Source: Balanoglossus misakiensis (lineage: Eukaryota > Animalia > Hemichordata). From it: DNA of 64,000 nt. Of the stretch, positions 55,134 through 64,000 are shown in pieces. The stretch lies in contig CM082576.2 of assembly GCA_040954595.2 (NCBI GenBank), positions 10,791,129-10,855,128 of the forward strand, read 5' to 3'. Below the pieces are notes generated by a model. It made no database searches, was not told the origin of the DNA, and was given only the letters and a program-made list of their open reading frames with translations. Position 1 is the stretch's first letter; each line of letters begins with the position of its first letter. Both the position numbers and the translations under genes were made by a program.

Positions 55134-56563
55134 CTGGAGGAAAAAGGGCAGTGAAAAAAAAAATGATCACATGGTTTGATATGCATCATTGCATGTAGTG
55201 ACGTGTACCAGGTATATGTCTATCCTGGAGGTGCTATTACTTTCACACACCTTGGGGGGGAAGGACCAATTTCCAGAAAAATGATAGTCCTCTAGACCTT
55301 TTAATTCTGTATGTGAGCAGTCCTTTTGAGGTGCAATTACTACATCAAGACAGCAGAAATGTCCAAACTTTGCAACATACATGTATCATGGTACAATTGC
55401 ATATCATTATATTGTTGTTCTATTTTAAATCCACCAGGCCCGTCAGAAAACTCAGTTCCCCATGATTAAATTTCAGTGGACATATATTGGTAACTCATTT
55501 TCCCATGTGCCAAGATGCCAGTGAGTGTTATCACTGCAGTGATTATCAAACCAGATTTCAGGACACATGGAACACTGTAGTGTTATTGATACAATGATCT
55601 GAGATAAAACATTTCCATTTATCATGCAGGTAGATCGAGCCTGTCTCGTTTTTGTGCGTCACTCAGTGTTGACTGATTAGATATCAAACAAAACAGGCCT
55701 GACCTATTTTTGAACAGGTTCAGTAAACATGTACAATACAAGATGTATTTAAATTTTCACTTCTACATGTATGATGTACCATATCATTTTCCAAACACTC
55801 TCTTTAAAACTACTGTATATAGCTGCAGGCACACTTTTGGATGTCGGCCTATGTTTTATTGAATGGCTTGTGAGCAGTCAGTATTGGACAATGCTGTATA
55901 TCTATCACACTGCCGTGTGCTTTTGCTTTGTATTGTATTGTTTTCATCATTAATAACTATGCAGTATGGTATGGAATACAGAAGCACGAAGCGTCTAACT
56001 GTCAATGTCAATAAACTTCGCACGTGATATAGGTCACATGACATATAATTACAGAAATTTCCTGGACTGGAGTTCACAACAACATTAAACATTGTTTGGT
56101 AGCGGCCTGAAAATGATATGTTCATAATAATGTGCATGAGGGAATGGTGTGGTTCCGACCTTGCACAGCTCGGTACTAGCATGATTGTTGTCGTGTACAT
56201 GTACGTCTTACAATATGTCACAGCGATGAGCAGGTACATGTACAGGTGCTAACTACCATTACACTGCAACTTTTGCGGCATGTCCCTGCAAGATCGGACG
56301 TAGCTGAGGCACCATATCTCGAGGTTTTGCCTGCTCAGTATTTGGGGTTGGACAGCCAGTTTTGCCGCTCAGCCCCCAGCACCAGGCAAACGCCCGAGTT
56401 ACAGCAATATACATGTATATATGCAAATAGCAAGTTCGAGCGAAGTTAACAGTATACACGCCACTGGCACTGTATTTTGACGAGGATGAAATGGTAATGT
56501 TTGTATTTATTTCTCTTTAATCACAACTGGCGAGTAATCCCAACTCAGTCAGTGGTCACTTAC
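55134..56563 (-). other. candidate 5'-UTR intron of HAAO
   Basis: Acceptor CCCTTTTTCCTCCAG at 55134 and consensus donor GAG|GTAAGT at 56563. An in-frame TGA upstream of the ATG indicates the leader is non-coding. Confidence 0.55.
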
Positions 56564-56696
56564 CTCGTATACGTGTCGTCCGTTTGGCACCCTGAAGAGA
56601 TTTTGATCGTGCTCGAGAGTACACAGCCCTCTTCACGTACACCTTGCTGTCCGAGTTGTGAGTGTACTGGAAGGTCATCAGATGTGACCCGTGACG

Positions 56697-56709
56697 AGGT
56701 CAAAGGTCA
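56697..56709. promoter_or_regulatory. perfect nuclear-receptor DR1 element AGGTCA-A-AGGTCA upstream of HAAO
   Basis: Exact DR1 consensus ~130 nt upstream of the putative first-exon donor. Extra half-sites lie at 56672-56690 and a near-DR1 at 57066-57078. Confidence 0.55.
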
Positions 56710-58850
56710 CCACTCTTAAAGGGCAAACGGGGACACGCATATCGCATATGAAATGGGGATAATGACAGGGGACGCTCGAGTTTGTCTACGAAAATAATCA
56801 ACAACCGAGGTAGGGTACCACTCACAGGCCCAGAAGTCAATGACTGCGATAGCAGCTTCATTCAACCTGTAAATAAATTAATAAGCCTATATTTACAAGG
56901 TGAATCAAGCTGTCATCGCAGTCATCGACTCCCGCGCCTGTTATGGGTCCGGTCTGGTCATTTTTTATTACGGTAATTTAATGCGTTAGAATTAATTTTA
57001 TTGCAAACCTGACGCTTTCCGAGTTTCAATGCATGGGACAACAGCGTTTGCTACAAAGAACGGGCCGACCTTTGACCTTATACCCGTTTCAATTATCTCA
57101 ACATCAAGGCAGTGTTGGGGTAATAAAATGATACAGACACACAATTATTCCATTTTAATCTAGTTCATATAAAATTTTAATTTCAAAGTTTTGAAACCAT
57201 AAACAAAAGAGGATACATGTATACAGTGTTATCTGTATACTTACAATATGAAAAAAGGAGCAAGTACATTATTTCTGTGAAGCTCAAACCATTTTCGTTG
57301 CATCTCCATTGATGGATACAAATTTACCATGCAATGCATACTAATTATATTACTCAACAGAAGAATGTTCTGTGAAGAACTGAAAAATCCCCTCAATATA
57401 TGGCAAGGGCCCACCTTCCAAATCAAGCGACTTCGTCGTTTACAAATGGTGAACATAGTCATTCATCTTTCCAATTTTTTAATAGTGAGAATTTGAATTT
57501 CAGACTAGATTGCTGTAATTGCTGTTCTGTGGCGAGTGCAAGTGTAGGGGTGGAATGAGTTCAGGTAAGTTAGGTGAAGGATTAGTTTGTCAACAGAAAC
57601 AGCATACAGCATTGGGGCAATTTAGAAACAAAATCAAAGAGTTGTAATTTACACAATCATGCCAAATTTTCCGGGAAACTTATGACCCCTAGCATAGCAT
57701 AGCAGTGCATTGCATCAGGTAAACATCAATGGAAACACTATTTATTAGATGTTAGGTGGTCACTGCAGACTGCAAGTAACAGTTACACCTGCATCGCGGA
57801 AAATGGACACTTCGTCGGTTCGTCCTCAGCTTGGTTGCTGGATACCCATCTGGTCTTTGCATCTGCAAAACAAGCAATGTAGAAATGAATGTTTATAATA
57901 TCCATGGACATGAAACAAAGCATGATCACCACTGTACGCCAATTGTTGTTCAGTCGCAGATGGTACATCGTGCAAATCTGTATGGCTGCCTGGAATTTCA
58001 CTCTCTATTTGGCAACATGATTAAATTTTACTGCAACAACGATAGAGATCTGCCCAAATAAGCTTATATTTTTACTTGGTTAAACCGACATCTCCTGGAC
58101 ATTGTGAACAAACAAACCCCACCCACACCCCGTGCCATGTATTGTCTCCGTCATGGCTTCAGTTTTCTGCCCCACAATTCTTACCTTCCCACAACCATGC
58201 ATGCAGTAACCTCTGGACATCAATCACACAGGCTGGCTATCATCTTAGCATCATCTATGGAATCCCTGGAATAAATAAAAAAGTATGCATGTAAATGGAA
58301 TGTGTCCGAGGAAGATGGCGAATACATTTGTGCCATAACAAAATGGCCACCCGTTGCATCTAGCAGTCAGGTCGGTTTTAAAACATTGAACTGACATCCA
58401 CATATAGTACCGGGTCCATATTGTCACATACAGGTTTGTGCAAAATCAGTTCGCTTGACTAGGTAACGGCACCAGTCTGAATCGAAAAAGAAAAATCTTG
58501 CCACCATGAAAAGAGGCTATGATGTCTATATCGCTTATCAAACCTTCCTTGGAACCTCTGGTCTTCGTTCAGCCATTGAACATACTGCCCTTACCGCACC
58601 CAGCTATACTGCCAGCATGGCGAAAATAACTAGTTACAGAGGCCCCAGCTTGGTTGAGGAGTACCATTATCAGTTTCTGGATCTGCAAAACAAGCAAATG
58701 AAGTGAATGTCAGTAATATTCACGATCGTTCGGCCATGAAACATACCCGCCCTTACCCAACCCAGCTATACCGCTGCTGGCTAAAAAACTCTGGTCTCTG
58801 CATCTGCAAAACAAGCAAATGAAATAAATGTCAATATGGTTAACAGAGAC

Positions 58851-59786
58851 ATACGCACTAGCGAAGATGATCGGTACGGATATAAACCACTCCCATTTTT
58901 ATCAGTACGTTTTTGTTTAATATATTTTTATTGAAAAATGACGAGAGATTACAAATCTCCAAAACTTGTATTAACTATATACGCACTAGCGAAGATGATC
59001 GGTACGGAAATAAACCACTCCCAGTTTTATCAAGACGCATGTTTTAATAGTTTTTTTTATTGAAAAATGACTAAAGATAACATGTCTCCAAAAACTTGTA
59101 TTAGCCTTACTATATACGCACTAGCGAAGATGATCGGTACGGAAATAAACCACTCCCAGTTTTATAAGACGCATGTTTTAATAGGTTTTTTTTATTGAAA
59201 AATGACTAAAGATAACATGTCTCCAAAAACTTGTATTAGCCTTACTATATACGCACTAGCGAAGATGATCGGTACGGAAATAAACCACTCCCAGTTTTAT
59301 CAAGACGCATGTTTTTAATAGTTTTTTTATTGAAAAATGACTAAAGATAACATATCTCCAAAAACTTGTATTAGCCTTACTATATACGCACTAGTGAAGA
59401 TGATCGGTACGGAAATAAACCACTCCCAGTTTTATCAAGACGCATGTTTTAATAGTTTTTTTTATTGAAAAATGACTAAAGATAACATATCTCCAAAAAC
59501 TTGTATTAGCCTTACTATATACGCACTAGCGAAGATGATCGGTACGGAAATAAACCATTCCCAGTTTTATAAGACGCATGTTTTAATAGTGTTTTTTATT
59601 GAAAAATGACTAAAGATAACATGTCTCCAAAAACTTGTATTAGCCTTACTATATACGCACGCGCGAAGATGATCGGTACGGAAATAAACCATTCCCAGTT
59701 TTATCAGTACATGCATTTTTTTAAGATTTTTTTTATTGAAAATGATGAAAGATTACATATCTGAAAAAACGCGTATTAATTATATT
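58851..59786. repeat. tandem array of ~135-bp units, 7 copies
   Basis: Units start ATACGCACTAGCGAAGATGATCGGTACGGA at 58851, 58979, 59114, 59249, 59384, 59519 and 59653. The five inner copies are nearly identical and the terminal copies are diverged. Confidence 0.97.
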
Positions 59787-62521
59787 AAACCAACAGTCTA
59801 AGGGATGGGACCCACCCGCACCGGGGATTTTATTTATGTCTATATAACTTACTTGTTATGAAACCTCACTTCATCCACTGGTCTTCATTCAGCCATGGAA
59901 CATACAAACGCTCACCTCATTGTAGTCTAGCTGCATGGCCCAAATATACCGTACAACTTACCGTACACTCATGCACACACACTCAACAACGAGCACCTTT
60001 CGAAGCATACAAAAGCCGATGAACTTGTTGGTGCCGTAACAAAAATGACCCATACACCGAGCATGTAGTCATGTTGGTTTGAAAACTTTAAAATGACATC
60101 CACATATAGCATCCGCATTGTTGCATTCTCCAGATTTGTGCAAAATCGGTTCGCTGAACTGGCTACCGGCACCAGTCAGAATCGTTGAAAGATTTTCAAA
60201 ATGGCCGCAATGAAAAAAACGTGGTTGATACCGACGCTTTATGTCGATATCGCTTACTTGTACATCATGCTTGATAACATCATAGCATCCACGCAGAGTA
60301 TAGCAGCAGTTCATCTGGGCCTTCGATCTGCAAATTAAGGAAACAAATTGAATGCTTATCCATGAACACGAAACCAAATATCAACAGTGATCACCGTTGT
60401 TCATTCGCATAGTGTACATCATACACGAAGAAAATATATTTTTAGGGCTTCGCTGACAGACAAGCAGCCTAAAACCCCAGCATGGCACTAAGACTACCCA
60501 CCCCACCCCCTCCCCTTTCCCGAAAAACTACTTGTTTTTATGCACACAAAAAACTGCCGCCCACCAGTAGAGCTTTAACACCGCTGTATATCTCAAGTTG
60601 AGTAACGCGAAAGGGTGGAATTTGTGAATTAAAACGCAGGGAAGCTCTGACTCGAGCTGTCCGACTGTGACGCATGCAATTTTTCAATACTGTGGTGTCA
60701 ACGTCTGGGTTTTTAGTTGTCCGTAACTCGCCACAGAAAACCCCATGTTTCTGTTCAAAATTTGAGTAAATGTGTCTACTTCTGTTACTTTACTTACCGC
60801 TGTCGTCATGAAAACTATCCAGCGGAGAAACTCTGTTTTGGGGGCAGAGTTCTCCGCATCTTCTCGTGGTCCGTGTAGCAGCGTGGCCGTCTGACTCTCT
60901 AATGAAAATGCACGGAAGGCTAGACGGAAATTTCCAAGTGGAGGTGGGCCAGGTGGCTCCAACCAATCAGCAGCGAAAACTTTGCTCTGACGCTCACGTC
61001 ACGTGACCCGCATCAAAAGCGCTAACACAGTTACATAACTTGAAATTTCGGACTACTTGTTTGTCGTAATTTGCCAGACATTTTGAACATCAAAAGATTC
61101 CACATCCGAAAGAGATTACCTTGCGCTTTGAAATGTTGGAGTAGGGGGAAATAAACTGAACATCATCGTCATCTGGGTAAATAGCTAATCACAAACAATG
61201 CGTTCTGAGATTCTAATCAGAATAAAAGCATTTTCAAATATCTGCATTTTTGACTCTTTTTGCCAGGTGCAAAGACCAGACCATGTATTTCAACTATCGA
61301 TCACACTTCATTTATATTGGACGACGAACCACCCCGAATGAATAACCAAAGGTGAAATGAAACTAACCAGAATATCATCAATAATATATAACGATTTTAA
61401 GATAGAAAAGACGAGTCGATAATACACGTACTCTCTTAAAAAAGAATGATTATTTATTCTTAACATAACAACTTGTGCATTAATCTTACAAATGTACTAT
61501 ATACACTTACATACTTGGAAGACGTGATTGGCGATAGCGTATAAATAATACAGTCAATCAAATGACTTTACCCTTACAAGGCAATTTAATCACATTTACA
61601 AATTGTAGACCCACACTGGCCAAATGAATAAAAGCTCAGTGCGTATTTGTAGCGAACTTTGTAATATATTCACGAGAATTCTTCTTCTATTTATAGTAAG
61701 CTTATATCTAAAATACTTTAGGGCCTATAAACTTTAAATTTAAAACACTAAAATGCATGATTATATAACGAAAGTGGTCACTATGCGGATTCGTGGTGCA
61801 AGGACGCATTACTTGTGAACTGCACGTCCATGGTTATAGGCATCGAACGAACAAAATCTCCTCAGAAATAGACGGGGCCAGGGTTGCACAGCCAAAAAGA
61901 TGAACCAGACTGGACACATCACGTTTAATAAAGACGTCGCAAAAAGATGTCGCAAAATGCAAGACTACAGAAGACTCTGCCGTCAAACAGATATTGACAA
62001 CTTGAAGTTAATCATTGCTCGATATGGCACGTTTGATTTGGGTGTTCCGCCATTTGATGTATATTTGAACAACAAGAGAAATAAAACAACGAAAAAATAT
62101 CTTCAAAAATATGTATTATGGATAACATTGATGACTTCAAGTGAATATTCTTTACAGTATACAATACGCGTTGTTTACGTTAGCCATCTTCAACAACTCG
62201 ATTGATTAACAATCAACCAGTTGGCAAGGCATGTCTCGCTTTACACATCACATGACTTAAATTTGAAATTGCGTAAAATGGTAACAAAATCTTTCCTTTC
62301 GCACAAATATCTAGCAAAATTAAAACAAAATATATATTGCTCAATTAATTGTAAACTTTGCAGAGATTCGAAGTTCCTTTCAGTCTTGCAGGTCGATCTC
62401 CGTTGAGTTCATTTTCCGTTGAGGGAACGGTCCATGTTTGTCTCGAGTTGTCACCTCCTGGTAAAGTACACATCTTTCATTTCTCCCGACATTCCATTCG
62501 CTGTGACTTCATCAGAGTATC

Positions 62522-62783
62522 TTACAGCGCCAGCACGTAGTTAAATTTGAACGCCTGTGCCTTGGGGGCGTTGTATTCTCGGCAGGCCTCGAGAAGAAGC
62601 GTGACTTCGCCATCCCGCGACCGGAATTCGAAGTTGTTTTCGCGGTGTCTGGCGGGGCTCTTCGGCAAGTGGTGGGAGTTTCTGTTCCTGGCCACGGGCT
62701 CCTTGCCGTCGATCACCAATTCCTTCTTGTACCCTTTCAGCTCGTAAATCTTCACGCCCTGGTACTGTGGGTCGATGAAGCAT
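62522..62783 (-). CDS. terminal coding exon of an unidentified gene (5' part not found in window)
   Basis: Acceptor CTTCATTTCTAG precedes a phase-2 GC3-rich frame CFIDPQYQGVKIYELKGYKKELVIDGKEP...RDGEVTLLLEACREYNAPKAQAFKFNYVLAL*. A minus-strand AATAAA lies at ~61453-61458. Confidence 0.7.
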
Positions 62784-63455
62784 CTAGAAATGAAGTCGTA
62801 GAAATTAAATAATACAACCGTCGATAAAATGACAACATTGTATGCTGAGGGAGTTAAACAAAGCTCAGTGAAAATGATTTCAGAGTACCCTACAACCACG
62901 GGGCATGTCTGGCAATTACAATTTGGAATAAAAACGGCATCAGATAGCATTGGTTGAAATAATCGGCCAAGTTATTTTTTGTTCGCTGACTTGTGCAAAT
63001 TCCAGTTGTTATTTGGATATTCGATACAAATTTGTCCCGTTTCAGAAATGTCAAAAATTCGTTTCTTAACCTACCAAGTCGTATGAGTCAGACACGCATT
63101 TGTTTGCTGGGGTTTCTGACCCAGTCACCCGGCATAGTTTACGAGGTTCAATTTGTTTCAACATATATCAGCCTTTTGGCGGCTGAGCTGTACAGTCAAC
63201 CTTTGGATGATTCACGGCTCATATAAATACCGAACCGGTCAATTTACAAAGGTATGCTTGGGTAATTGTCGACGAGTTATAATCTCCAAATTCGCTCCCC
63301 AATACTGACGTAACGCTCAAAGACTTAATTTTTGACTACTGGCTGGCTGTACAGGACGATAGCTATAGGCAATTGTATTAATCATCAAATGAAAGTAATG
63401 GTGCGGTATATACTACACTACCAACCACTGCGGTATATACTACCACCAACACCAC

Positions 63456-63458
<3 letters not shown>

Positions 63459-63542
<84 letters not shown>
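63459..63542. repeat. (CAT)n microsatellite
   Basis: Direct reading; it explains the poly-His and poly-Met ORFs. Confidence 0.97.
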
Positions 63543-64000
63543 GGTAAGTGTAAAAGAGCTGGAGAGTTGATATTTAAATCTATTGCCTGAAAGTCCAGAC
63601 GTGACTGCGTACGTTGGTGGAAATCAATATCTAAACAAACGTATTTTTGAAGAGTTTTGACCTTCACCCATGCGAGATTATCAGTTCGTTAAACTGGACT
63701 TTTTCAACTGAGTACATTATAGAGCCAATAAGTTTATTTACGAGTACTGCAGTCGGTGATTAGTTAATAGAAAACGTTGTGGATAATCAATATTCTCTTC
63801 TTCTTTTCCTGGATAGGAACGGACATTTTTTTTACTGTCAGTGACAGTGGCGTAGATGAAAATTTGACAAGCTGCACGGTATCGTGGAAAATGGCAAGCA
63901 GTGTGTCCCCCAAAATATCCTGATCTCCTGGAATGACGCATGCGAGCAAAATAGCTCCATCCAAACAACACGGGAAACCGGTTTGAACCAGTCCAGCCCA

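Noticed and set aside
58851-59786. CRISPR-like appearance of regularly spaced repeats
   Set aside because: Whole 135-bp units repeat with no unique spacers, there are no cas genes, and the context is eukaryotic
63068-63190. Candidate upstream exon for the 62783 terminal exon
   Set aside because: The available donors give the wrong phase or create in-frame stops
63332-63667. Poly-His and poly-Met ORFs
   Set aside because: Translations of a (CAT)n microsatellite

Overview
This is eukaryotic, intron-rich, AT-rich genomic DNA from an animal. The gene content, repeat types and mosaic CpG pattern suggest a marine invertebrate, possibly a deuterostome such as a hemichordate; that taxonomic call is inference. 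Splice-phase-consistent gene models were built by hand. On the + strand: the 3' part of YIPF4 (1-2790), a 12-exon 387-aa protein with an SGT1-like TPR domain, a second TPR domain and an unrecognised C-terminal region (3480-7601), and a 56-aa single-TM microprotein closely resembling mitoregulin/MTLN (8678-8848). On the - strand: CCDC60 (30772-14430, 16-17 exons), an intronless, very GC3-rich cytosolic sulfotransferase (39717-38800), HAAO (55039-51405, 9 coding exons including a GC-AG intron, with DR1 elements upstream) and the terminal exon of an unidentified gene (62783-62522). Non-coding elements include a Harbinger-type MITE with TAA TSDs, a TTAA-flanked MITE, an RT fragment, a 7-copy ~135-bp tandem array nested in older repeats, and several microsatellites. 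There is no CRISPR array, rRNA or intact tRNA. The most novel candidates are the invertebrate mitoregulin-like micropeptide and the SGT1-derived double-TPR protein. All family assignments come from recalled sequence similarity, not database searches.
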